This document shows, piece by piece, positions 1 to 12,517 of a stretch of DNA of 19,825 bases. Position 1 is the first letter of the stretch, and every line of letters starts with the position of its first letter. The notes beneath the pieces were generated by a model that was not told the DNA's origin, ran no database searches, and was given only the letters and a program-made list of their open reading frames with translations. A program made the translations under genes and the position numbers. This DNA comes from Ginkgo biloba (taxonomy: Eukaryota > Plantae > Ginkgophyta). The stretch covers positions 80,617,597 to 80,637,421 of the forward strand of contig JANKJI020000004.1 of the NCBI GenBank assembly GCA_024626585.2. Direction: 5' to 3'.

Positions 1-279
1 TCATCCATTCTGCTTTGAATTTTCTAGGGATTACTGTAGGTAGAAGCATTACAATGGTAGGATGATTAGTTGGAGGGACGATTAGTTGTAAAGAAGATGA
101 GAATTCATATAAGTTGCAATTTGACATGCTGCCCAGGATTTTAATTTAACGATTTCACTGATAAAATACATCATGAATGTAATTAACAACATTTAAAAAT
201 AAATACAAAGCACAACCGTATCTTATTTGCAAGTAATGTGTGCAAAAATTCTAAGTTATGGGTGATTTATTTGTAGATT

Positions 280-2037
280 CTTATGCCTTCCTAATGCTTA
301 GCATCTCATCCATACTTACTTCCCTAACCCTAACAGAACAACCTCGTCTACTACTCTTTCTAGGAAACTTTTTCAAATGTGTCAAAAATAATGAAGACAA
401 CCGATGAACATTCATCCAAGTGCTTCTTATTGGTGATAATATTGAAGCCCTGGAAGTAGGTGGAACCATGAGGATGTACAAAGAAATGAATTTAGTCCCC
501 ATGTTTCCTTTCAATTTTTATGCCTTCAACTATTAGAAGACACTACATTAATTGGGATTCCACAACACTGTGTGATATATTCCATATCCCCTCCTTTGGT
601 TTTTGGATTTGGATTTGATTGCTTATTATTTCTCTTTTGGGACCTTCCTTGATAATACTTTTCGTAGCACTATCTATTTTAACAATTGCTCCACAGGTGC
701 AATAAATCCCATATCCTTTTCACCTCCCATATCTCTACTAATATATGTGGGTCCCTTATTTCTAATCCTCCTATTAGCTTAGAAGCATAGACAATGGTCC
801 AATTAACTACATAATATATTTTTATATGCTTCTTCCATGGTGCCCACACAAATTTTATTTCAATCTTCTTTAAAATGTTAGGACTATCTTTGGCAACATA
901 AACAAATAATCTATGCATTTTAGTATCAAAGAAAGTATGGATTAGAAAATAATTCTTCTTTTAGCCAAATTCAAGTACTCATTGCCAAGAATCTAATGTG
1001 TTACAATTTTTTTCTATAAAAGGTAGGCACTTTGCAACCTTCATATTTGATAACCAAGTGGGTGCCCAAAAACTTGAGTACTTCATCTCCTTTGATGCTA
1101 ACCAAATTTAAGGTGACAATCAACTACTCTCTGGTTGGTTTTAGAACACCAACTATTAATATTCTAGTTTTGACTGGGTTAAACTTACCTCTTGATGTTG
1201 CTAAAAGGATTATTATAATCTACTTTCATATGCTTAATTAAGCTTTAGATGGGTTTCTAATTAATATAAGATCATCTACAAATATCTGATAGCTACATGT
1301 GATTCCTTAAGTGATTTCAAAACCACTTAGAAGGTCCCTATCTCGCTAATATGAAAACATGTTTGATACAGAGTCCACCAATACAATACATAAATATGGA
1401 GAGAGAGGGTATCCTTGTTTAATCCCTCTGCATCAATAAAAGGAAACTATATTTTCCTCATTTATGAGTATAACATAGTTCACTATAATGAGTATCCCTC
1501 TAATCCACTTCAGATCCGTTCATTCAATTCCTTTATCCAGAGAATAAGGAATAAATTCCCACTTAACTATGCAATATGATTTCTCCATATCAACTTCCAT
1601 CATCATCATGCAATTCTTTTGAGTTATGGTAGTATGTAGTGCCTCGATTATGACATTGATACTATCCATTATTTTTCTACCTTTAATGAAAGCAATTTGA
1701 ATTTAGGAAATCATATTAAACAAAATTGGTGCCATTATTTCTACAACCACCTTTCCTAATATCCTATAGGATATGTTGCATAGGCTTATTGGTCTCTAAT
1801 ATCTAATTATTTTTGGACATTTTTCATAGGCATGACAAATGAGTGTGGAATCAATGGCTAGGAGAAGTATTACCATAGTTTGTAATTTCTTTGCAATTTC
1901 CACCAGTAATAGAGTCATCCTACCTTTGGATAAGATGTTGTAAACTTTAGGGGGAAACCCATGTAATATCAATGATTTCTCCAATTCCATATAGTTGATT
2001 CCATATTCAATTTTAACCTCTCTTTGATTTTTGGTAA
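280..2037 (-). mobile_element. Degenerate L1-clade LINE ORF2, reverse transcriptase and C-terminal half
   Basis: Minus-strand motifs occur in canonical order: EVK..MELEKS..HGFPPKVY (KSPGxDGFPxEFY-like), RPISLCNISYRILGKV (from 1795), QIAFIKGRKI, VDMEKSY..VKWEF, RGIKQGYPLSPYL (1429-1391), FVDD catalytic motif (1282-1271), KFLGTHL and GGLEIRD. Many stops and frameshifts. The left boundary is approximate. Confidence 0.9.
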
Positions 2038-2375
2038 AGCATATGCCTCGGGGGCTCACTTAGTTATAAACTCTCAAAACATGTGCATGATAGAACTAAT
2101 AAATAATCCTCTATATAGGCTCACAACTCAATATTTTCACCCCCTATTTTATAACCTTATGTAATTTCTTAACCCTCTTTTATATAGTATATAATTGTAA
2201 ACAAAATAAAATTACAGAGAAACTCTTGTGGGATGATCTTAAGCTTTAAAACAGTTTAATGCCAAAACTAGTCCTCTTTATCATGGAGATACAGAAGTAG
2301 TTGTTCTGAAGATTCAATTCTAAAGGGGAAGGTGAAAGGGCGGGTGCCCACTTGATCTCTGGGCTTTTAATTCAA

Positions 2376-2393
2376 ATCTCTTCAATTTTCCAG
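2376..2393 (+). promoter_or_regulatory. 3' splice acceptor with polypyrimidine tract
   Basis: atctcttcaattttccag lies immediately before the composition switch and the start of the conserved reading frame. Confidence 0.8.
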
Positions 2394-3308
2394 GGATGAA
2401 AAATTCATGTGGAATACCATCGGTGAGTCAGGGAATGTTGGAGGATGTATCGGACCGTCTCTCAGGATTTGCAACAGCTGGCGATGGTGAATCTGCTATC
2501 GATTATGGTTGTCAGTGCTGGGATTCTGACACATACGAAGATGATGATGATCCTGGGTATCACAGACAGCCAATTGAAAATGAAGCGTGGTTTTTGGCAC
2601 ATGAAATTGAAAATCCCACAGAGGATGAACTGGCGAGCAGCATAAAGTTGGAAAATGATTGTAACCTTAATGAGGACGTCAGATCTGTTATGGAAGAAGA
2701 ATCTTCTCTCTTTGTTGAGAACGAGTTGAGGCATGCTTGGAAGGAAAGAGTAGAGCCTAATTTGGATGCTCTTACTGTGCCTGATGGTAATATTTCGAGT
2801 GGCCACGAAGGAGAGTTCATGAGCTCAAAAGCGCCAGATTCGTTAAAGGTAATGGATTCATGGCATTGTTTGAACAGGGACATCCGGGCGGAAGTTGGCA
2901 ACGGCCAAGGACGATTTGATTGCCCATTAGAAGTTGGCAATAGTTTTCTTGGAGCAACAAGATCTGATGATTTATTGATGAACAATTCAGGAAGCGGTGA
3001 ATACATGGCAGGGGACAGCAGTGAAGGAGACCCAAGAGAGGGAGAGACAGAGACTCTGAATTCTATGCAGGGCACATATTGGCAAAGTTCAAGCTTCCAG
3101 GAGCGTTTGGGGGCATGTGCAATCAGTCAGCTCCAATCAAATGATGTGGCAGGGAGTTCAGTTGAAGATGATTACGAAGAGCATTTTGGGCACCGTTCCT
3201 ACTACAATGAAGCATTGTTTCGTAAAAGTCAAAACTTAAAATTACAATTGTCTGAGCAGGATTTACTGGAACAAGGTTCAGCATTGGTCGAAATGCGTTC
3301 AAGTACGA
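2394..3308 (+). CDS. DYRKP: Internal coding exon (915 bp, phase 1-1) of a plant-specific DYRK-family Ser/Thr kinase gene (DYRKP, similar to Arabidopsis At1g73450/At1g73460/At3g17750); acidic N-terminal region, no kinase domain in this window
   Basis: Stop-free frame, clearly more GC-rich than its flanks and retaining CpG. It translates to SVSQGMLEDVSDRLSGFATAGDGESAIDYGCQCWDSDTYEDDDDPGYHRQPIENEAWFLAHEI, matching the DYRKP block SVSQG..ED.SDL.SGFATxGDG...WDSDEYxDDDDxGYxRQPIEDExWFLAHEI (recalled from memory). Acceptor is tctcttcaattttccAG| ending at 2393. Best donor is |GTAAGT at 3309-3314. The ORF track 2396-3379 runs past the donor to TAA. Confidence 0.85.
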
Positions 3309-3314
3309 GTAAGT
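3309..3314 (+). promoter_or_regulatory. 5' splice donor GTAAGT (alternative same-phase GT at 3303)
   Basis: Perfect GTAAGT consensus, with T-rich intron-like sequence soon after. Confidence 0.65.
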
Positions 3315-3624
3315 CGAGCAGACATATTTTTCTTAGGGCCGCTTCGCCCTTTCCTATATTTACGAATAAATTACATTAAGGATCTCTTTTNNNNNNNNNN
3401 NNNNNNNNNNNNNNNNNNNNNNNNNNNNNNNNNNNNNNNNNNNNNNNNNNNNNNNNNNNNNNNNNNNNNNNNNNNNNNNNNNNNNNNNNNACTTTTAAAA
3501 AATTACAACTTAACCCCATTGTATATAAGTATATACAATTTAAAAAATTATTAATAAAAACACCGCTTGTATCACTCACATGGTTATGCATAGGAAACTC
3601 TAGTGACCCCCCTTGAGCATATTT

Positions 3625-4975
3625 TAGTTCTTATAAATATGTATCATCTAATCTAATTAATATTTCAAACATGATGTTTTGGGTCCACATTCTACTAGTA
3701 GAAATGCCAACAACCTTCCACATTTATGCAAAGATTTTAATAGCTTATTTTTTTAACTCAACCTCATTGACAAGAAGTTTTCCTTTTTCATCAATTAAGT
3801 AGTGAATGCTATTTTGTGCTTTCCATTCTTTTGACGTTATGTTAAAATTTGAAGTATTTTTATCTCTTTCCAATGTCCATTTGGTTTTTTCCTAGACCTT
3901 TTAGTTTGCATCTTTGAGAGTATTAAGTTGATTCAACTCTATTGTGATTTCCCCTAATTTTATGGATCGTTCCATTGAAGTGCCATATTCCTAAATTTGC
4001 TTTCACATGTTTTTTAGCATTACTTCCAAGTCATATTTTTGCAACATTTGTCTCCTATGGGTTTCCTTGGCATGAACCTTGATTTTCTCTTTTAGTTCCT
4101 TCAAAATTGCTAATCATTTTTCACTTGGAGGTAACTCTATAGACAAGGCTTGAACTAATTCATCTCACCATCCCTTGAGATTCTCTATATATTTCTAAAT
4201 TTTTGGTATTGATGTGTTGAACTTGAAGGGTTTATTAACTTTACCCCCACCTGTCTCCTTGGTTTTTAATTGAAAGAGTAATGGGACATGGTTGGAATAA
4301 TTTGATGGGTCAACAAATTTGTACATATAGCCAATGAATTTATCTCTAAGTTCTATTGGGATGTATACCCTATCTAGTCTCTCTTGCACTTGNNNNNNNN
4401 NNNNNNNNNNNNNNNNNNNNNNNNNNNNNNNNNNNNNNNNNATTCCCTTAAGATCTTGGTACTCTTTAATTTCAACAATTTTTGATCTTTGAGATATCCT
4501 ACCCTTTTTAGTAGTAGAATTTTCATTAAAATTGAAATCATGCACCACTATTGTGTGATGATTGTGAGAATTAAAGACAAATGCTTATAAAGAAACCTTT
4601 GTTTAGAAACCTAATCTTTCCTAGGATGATATAGGATAACATATTCCAATTATGATCCATTTAAAGGTACCTTTCTAGGATTATGTCATTATTCAATGCC
4701 CTTTCGAATTCATCTTGGTTTTTATTATTGTTCCCACTTTGTCTTCATTCCACATTATCAAGATTCCACTTCTTGTTGATTGACAACGTCCAACCATGTG
4801 TAAGGATTTAGGCCAAATTTGTTGAACAATCTTATATACTTCATTATTTATCAAATGAGAGTTAGTGTGCAATACCATAATTAGATACCATTTCTTGATT
4901 GATCATTTTATTTCATTTTTCTTTCTCTAATTATTTCCATTCATTCATCTTGTATTCCAAGTTAATATATTGCTT
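3625..4975 (-). mobile_element. Degenerate L1-clade LINE ORF2, APE endonuclease and linker half
   Basis: Minus-strand NILTWNTR (4971-4948, ILSWNVRG-like), RSGILIMWN, ERLDRVY, SNHVPL..KPFKFN (SDHxP..PFRF-like), KWTLERDKNTSNF (3882-3844, WLxEGDRNTxFF-like) and DEKGKLL. Interrupted by stops, frameshifts and one N-run. Confidence 0.85.
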
Positions 4976-7900
4976 TCCCAATGATCCCGAGTCATTAATT
5001 CTACAAAAATTAAAAGGGTTTTAAAGTGTACCTCTCATTACTATCTTTTGCCTGACATATTTTGAGGACTTCAATCCTTGTTAACTTATTATTTCTAGGT
5101 TTCCTGGCTTGGATCGTTCAATTTGGATAACATGCACGTCTCTAGTAATTATTCTCTCCAGAATTCTATTGATTTTCTATTACTCATTATTTTACCAAGT
5201 AATCGATCTAAGAAGTTGACATTACTAGTTTATGTGGGAACTTCACTATGAATCTCCATCCATATCTTTATTACTTTTTGATTAATTATAGTAAGAGTAG
5301 TAAATTCCAAACCTCTTTGGTGTTTTTAAATAGGCCTTACTTTTTTTTTTCTTCTATTTCCTTTCATTTGGTAATCTTTCCTCCTATTATAATTTTTTGA
5401 TTCCATACCTTTGTAATCCCCCTTGTGATGCATTACTTGATGGGGGTTTATATTACTTTATTAGTGGGAAACCTAATCTCAACTAGCATTGCAATGGGGT
5501 CTAGGTTCATGAGAGACTCTTTTGGTCCCTGTGTTCANNNNNNNNNNNNNNNNNNNNNNNNNNNNNNNNNNNNNNNNNTCATAGTGGATGCTACCTTATC
5601 ATGGTTGAAAAAAATGATAAGATTTAAGTCTGATAGTTATCTAAGTGCGTTTCAAACCCTTTCAAATTAATAAAATATTAACACAAACCTTTCGATAATA
5701 TTCATAAATGTAGCCATAACATGCATGTATTCTTATGGGATATTCTATAAATAATGACTAAGATAGCTTACCCAACTTAGATTACTAGAGAAATACNNNN
5801 NNNNNNNNNNNNNNNNNNNNNNNNNNNNNATATTAACATAGATGGCTGACTGATGTGTGGTCGATGTTGTAATATTGATTAATGAGAATACGAAAATGTA
5901 TAGAGGCTTTTCCTAAAATAAATTCTTATTGGTTATTGATTTTTTTCTTCTAGTTTTTGATTAATTGAAGCATCAATATTAGGTTATAGTTACTAAATAT
6001 TGTATTTGTATTTAATATCTCCTCGAATTTGCTTGCACAGAAGGCAATGAGAGATCTCTAGGCAACTAGTATGTACCTAGTGNNNNNNNNNNNNNNNNNN
6101 NNNNNNNNNNNNNNNNNNNNNNNNNNNNNNNNNNNNNNNNNNNNNNNNNNNNNNNNNNNNNNNNNNNNNNNNNNNNNNNNNNGGTTCTAACTTCAAGTAA
6201 TCCAAAGCACCTTCTTCTATGAAAAAATTCATTCAAGAATGATTCTAAAGTGGATATTATAATATTCAATGGAAACATGAATTCATAAAAGTTAGACGCA
6301 AGGATCTAAACACTCAAGATATATTAGTCTTCCCAATTTTATTTAGATTTATAAAATATCACCTTTGTTTCATTAAAAATTTCTAAGTCTTTGGGACTAA
6401 AAATTCTTAGTTTTAGTTTTCTATAATAAGTTACTTTGAAAAATATAACCTTATATGGATTTTAATATCTCTTGATATCCCTATAAATAAGTTGATTTAT
6501 TATTTTAGTCTTTCCAAAATTTGTGTGATCGTTCAATCTCTTTAGGTCCCAATGCACCTCAATAAGCTTCTTGGTCATTTACCCATAATACATTTTTGAG
6601 GTCTTTTAAAGAGGAATATCTAATGGTTATCATGTCTTTGATCATTTGATATTTTATTACTTATCTCATTATAGTCTTAGTGTTTCTTTGTTATCTTAAT
6701 AAGGGTATTAAGTCAACTATATATAATGAGTTCATCTTTTTCATGTCATTCTTATCATTCTATTCTTTGTTATGATATCTCTTGATTCTTTCTTATCTTC
6801 ATAGTTCATACATCTCATATTTACTGATATGTTCTTCAAGGCAGTCTTCCAACTCTTATGGATTGATAATTCTTCATGAGATTCTTCTCTAATTAATTTC
6901 TTATCACTTCCTTTAAATATGTACTTTGTATTTTCTTCCACCTTTATTTCTTGCTTTGGTAGTTTTACCTTGAACTCCTTGGTAAAATCAGTAAATGAAT
7001 AGGTGGCCTTTTGTTGAGGTGTGAATGGATGATATATCTCATGTGCTACAAATAAATAAGTTTTGTTATTGATCTAAATCACTTAATATTTCACATTGAA
7101 AGTTGTTTATCCAAATATACAAGGAAGTTTTTTTTCTCTCTATAAAGATACCATTCAAAACTTCTTTTTTTGTATAAATAGTCTAGCCATTTTGTGGTAC
7201 TCATGCGAAAATTGTTCCATTTGCTCAAATTATATTTTTCTTTGTATTTGATCAAAGACATGCTTTTAATCATTGGTATTTTTTTCTTGAGGCCTAATAT
7301 ATCGAAGTTATTGGTTGAATCCTTAGTGGAAGGGTCTAAGTGGGATAATTCCCATGTCATCCATAATAATAATATTTTTGCAAATGATCAATCAACTCTT
7401 AAAAAGGGTTTTGGAAATGTTCACAATTGAATTTTAAATTGATACTTGTGTAAAATCCTAATGGCCAAGATTAATTAAAAATTAAAAGCTTTTATAGACT
7501 AAATAAGTCTTAAGAACCACCGAGGTCACATGAACTTAAGAAACACCCTTTAAATTTAAGATGATTAATTACACAAGTTCCTTTAATCACACTTTTAAAT
7601 TAAAGTATATATAATTGTATACTTATTTTAATTATATTTTATGTGGAACTTTATTACTTTTTATGTGGAGAATACCATTGAGGTGACATTGTGGAGTCGA
7701 GAATAGGTGAGACGACTAGTAGGTTGAGAAGAGGATGATAATGGAAAATAGCCATAAGATAATATGTAGAAGATGTGAACAAATGGGAAATTGAATGTTT
7801 GGGATTGCAGATGATAACATAAAATAAGAGATCGATGATTTAATTATATAATTAAAATATGGAGGAGATGATGTTGAGATGGGACTGAGGAAAAATAGAA

Positions 7901-10900
7901 GATGGAATGGATTAAATGGTTAATGAGATGCTGTTCTAGACCATTTGATGATAGAAGACATAGGTATAAATTATAGGTGACAAATGTAGGGACATAAATT
8001 TATGGNNNNNNNNNNNNNNNNNNNNNNNNNNNNNNNNNNNNNNNNNNNNNNNNNNNNNNNNNNNNNNNNNNNNNNNNNNNNNNNNNNNNNNNNNNNNNNN
8101 NNNNNTATTACATAAATCTCTATATAGAGAACATATTTAGGCCATACAAGTGGACATAAAACCTTAATTCCAGTGTAGTAGGGAATACATAAGGTTATAA
8201 ACTAGATTATCCCCTTGGATTTATGATCATATGCTTCTGTATATTTAAAGGTCATCCCTTCAAGCCTCCATTACTAGGTGGGTGCATAAATAGTTATCTA
8301 GTTCTAAGCATAAACCTTCTTGGCATTGACATGGATGGTGCTTAAATTTTCTAGGACACATTTATTGAAAATATTAGGACATATTTCTTAATGATTATAA
8401 TATACAATATTCTCTCATTGTATATTATTCTATTAATTAGAACAACCCATTAAATTATAACTAATTCACCTCTAGTTGGAGGGTTTATTAGATATTTAAT
8501 TAAAAAGAGAATATCTATAAATGAATGTGTATAAATTGATTACTTATCACATTATTTTTTTTATAGTATTTGTATGCATATGTTTTGGTATGTCTCCAAA
8601 GAAAGAAAGCATCATTGTGACTATTCCATGTTGTTTTCTCACCTTGAGACTTGTAATATTCANNNNNNNNNNTTATATAGTGTTTATATGTACAATGGTT
8701 GGTGATTAATGGATGTATGTGGATGAATGGAGTGCACAATCTATGTGATGCATAATAGGGTTGTAGGTAAGAGTTGGGCTTGATTTACCTATAGTGCTCA
8801 AGGCTTGATTCAAGTAGAAGTACCACTTCAATAAATAAGGATAGTACTCATGGAACCAAGTACCATGGGAAGTATTTTTGGAATTAATAATATTCTTTAC
8901 AAGGATAGGGAAGGGACTCTATTTATTGAAGGATCTTAAAAGATCATGTGGATCAATTACATGTTCTGTTTCAAACTATAATGGATGAACAAACAAGGAC
9001 TAGTGAGATCATGTCCAACATTGTATTTTAGTGCATAATTTGGCATAAAATCCCATAACAAAAGTTCAAACCAATAATGCAATTTATTAAATTAATTATC
9101 CTAGTTGTAGGTGTCATTATGTAGATTCCCTAAGGGTAAGGATGAGGCCCTCCTCTAAATCAATCGTCTTGTTAACCTCTAAGGAATCCAAAACAACTAT
9201 TAATGGCATAGTGTCCTTTTAATGCAAAGTCTAAAGTTGATAATTAAGTCTTCTAAGGTAGAGTCCAATTGGATTCATGGATATAGGTTCTTATAGTATA
9301 CTATTCTTGTTAGAATTATACTGATTTTCTCAAAAAAAAACCTTGTACTATTATAAAGAACGAGATCAAAATAGATTGATTGTTAGTTTTATAGGTAGAT
9401 TTCAAGAGGGGATCAATGTATAATTTCTATCTTCTTAGTTATAAAGATTCACTTATCTTAAAGTCGTAACATTTCAAGTAGACAATCTAGATTAGCATGA
9501 TAAGTTCAAGACTTATTTATCCAAGTAGATGTGTACAATGAAAGAGAATAATTGACTTGAAATTTATAGATAGTCTCCACTTGCACTTATAATAGGATTT
9601 ATTATTATTTCCTCTTCATAGTATATAAGCTATCTTCCATTATACTTCTAGGGTCAAAGGAGGAGAAAGGAACCTAATACTTATATGAGAAATCCTCAAA
9701 TAAACTACTTTAGAACCTCTTAGAGTTCTTCCAAATTGAAGAAAAACTAAGAAATTACAAGTAGAAAAAATAATTCATCTTATAATAAAATCAAGACTTG
9801 GAACAACTAAAATAAGGTTGGATATGATGAGTATAATTGCTTTTTCTTTTCACATCTAAAAGAACTATGAATGTTTCTAAGTCTTTGTGCAAGGATAGAG
9901 GAGTTATATACAACTATTTAATTTGATGAATTACATCTCGCTTTAGCTGTAGTGAACATAAAACAAACTTTAACAATAATTGATAAGTAATTCACTTTGA
10001 AGATGAAAATTAAGAACAAGATCTAAAAATTTTAGACAATGAAATCCATAAGAGATATAATGACAATAATGGTGCATGAGATCAATTTGCATACTTCCAT
10101 ACATTCAAATCCCTACTTCATAAGTGAGAAAATAAAATAAGATAATGGAAAGGTAAGTCCAAGTCCATTAATACAAACTATGCCATAGATGAAATTATTT
10201 GTGATGTTGTTACTATGGACAATACTATTGGGGAGTCCTAAGCTGCTTTAATTTTTTTTGTATAAAGACAAATGTTGATTGAATAAATATAGATCTTTTT
10301 CTATCATTATATCGCTTCCTACAACAATTTTTTAAATTTAGTTTGAAATGCACTAGTTGAATACTTACTGTAAGCCTTACAAAAAATTATGTTCATTATG
10401 TTGAGAGGACTAGGAACATCTAAAAAAGAGGCCAAATTTAATTTATGACATCTACACATATTCAGGGTATACAAAATCAATATTATGCTACATTGAATAA
10501 TTATGATAATTTGTTTAAAGAGACATTCACATAGACATGGTATACAAAAGAGGACTTACTCTCAATACATTCATTTCACATCTCATTAATCTACTATCAA
10601 GGGAACCTGTACTGAATGGTATACTTTATATGAAGTATTCTACAGAGAATGAGGAGTTCCATAGATAAGCCAATATATATTGAAAAAGGGACATATTTAA
10701 ACTAGTTCTTCACCACATAGATAATGGATAATTCTAGTGTTAAAGAAGGATGACACATGGTGTACGTGTATGAATTTTAGTGCCATTACCAAGATAACAA
10801 GAAACATATAACTAGGATTGATAATTTTGGACTAATTACAAGGAACCTAATACTTTATAAAAGTGGCATTAAATATCAAATATGAGGAACGAGAAACATA

Positions 10901-12455
10901 AAACTACCTTTAAATAAGACAAAGGCTATATGAGTGGCTAATCATGCCACTTGGAATGATTAATACATTGAATATGTTAATGAATTTGATGAAATATGTT
11001 CTTCATGATTTCATGGACAATTTTATGATTTTATACTTAGATGCTATTCATTTTTTTTTTTTTTTTAGAGANNNNNNNNNNNNNNNNNNNNNNNNNNNNN
11101 NNNNNNNNNNNNNNNNNNNNNNNNNNNNNNNNNNNNNNNNNNNNNNNNNNNNNNNNNNNNNNNNNNNNNNNTGGAGGAGAAATGAAATCCACAAAACCCT
11201 TTATGGAAGTCTAAAAAATGCAGCACCATTGGTGAATCCCTCGAATGGAATGTTGACCCTATGTAGATAAAGGAGAATAACCCTAAATCGTGGAACTTAT
11301 TATATAGAATCCATTGGAAACCCTTGAATAGGAAGAAAAATTTGACAAGAAACATTCACCAGCTACTATGCATGTCACCAAAGAGACAAAACATATTTTC
11401 CACCAATAATAGAGAAGAAAGAGTATTATTAGAGGAGTATGCTAAAACCCTCACCATTAATAGAGAAGTCACACTACTTCACCTTTTAGAGAAAAGAATA
11501 AACCAAAACATCCGCTAAAAAATATGAAAGCATTGGAGCATTGTAAATGAGACACATTAATAAAGAAGAATGCAAGATTCAAGAATAATGTAGGAATCTA
11601 GAGGAATAAAGAATCAAAAAATTAATTTTAGGCCAAAATGGGCAACTATTTTTGTCAACCATAGAAATTCCTATTTTAGTTTTTGTATGGAGTAGGATGG
11701 GTTGAAAATATGTGCTACTAAAGGTAAGTTTTGAGAGATTGGACTATGCTACCTATTATAAACAAACTTCACATTTTCCTTGGTCTAGCTTACTTCTACT
11801 AGACAATAATTCTTAAGTTTTTTAAGAATAGATTTTCCATATAATAAACCTCTAATGCATTCATTGCTTGACTTGTTTGATTCTATATGCATTGGATATT
11901 TATAATGAAAGGACATAAATGTATGTGACTTGGAAATTGCATCTATTTAAAAAAATGTAATTGGACCTTTATGTGAGATGGAGGGTAATTATTATTATTT
12001 TCATCTCAAGAAAGGGCTTAATTACAAATTGATCCTGCTACCTTTTTATTCTCATAAATAAATTTAATTTCAATAAAAAAAAGAAAAGAAAAGTCTATTC
12101 TATGTTCCATGCAATAATTCTTTCCTATAAGTGATCTGGGACATATCTGTTTAACAATTCTAAGTAGTTTATGGATAACAAAACTTTTTATCCAACACTT
12201 GTATTTTTCTATTCTCTTAGGCTGTAATTAAATGTGGAGAAGAATGATAAAACATGTGCCTCTTATTGTGTATCCAAGGTTTCTCATAAAAAAATTAAAA
12301 ATTAATTATTGATTCTAATTATACCACGCTAGTCTATTTTTATCATTTTTATTCAGGTGTAGGAATGAGTACATCTATTGATTTTGATAGATTCAATAAT
12401 ATTGTGATCCTCATGGATTTTAGGAAGACCATATATAATCCTCAAGTAAGTAAAT

Positions 12456-12517
12456 TATTCTTTATTCATATTTGGATCATTTTGTCTTATTATATTCTTT
12501 ATTCATATTTGGATCAT
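12456..12517 (+). repeat. Exact 25-bp direct duplication (period 37)
   Basis: tattctttattcatatttggatcat occurs at 12456-12480 and 12493-12517. Confidence 0.9.

Larger units (their letters stand above)
2047..3615. mobile_element. Putative TIR-bounded non-autonomous DNA transposon (Pack-MULE-like) containing the DYRKP exon
   Basis: 2047-2095 versus the reverse complement of 3567-3615 gives 29/49 identity ungapped, in blocks of 11/14 and 15/19. The flanks are agcatatgc (2038-2046) and agcatattt (3616-3624). The position coincides with the break between the LINE halves. Contains a 100-N gap at 3391-3490. Confidence 0.5.

Noticed and set aside
2445-3075. Overlapping alternative-frame and antisense ORFs (66-171 aa)
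   Set aside because: These are shadows of the real exon with no recognisable motifs.
2396-3379. 327-aa ORF as a complete single-exon gene
   Set aside because: It is bounded by strong splice signals and covers only an internal part of DYRKP, so it is better called an exon.
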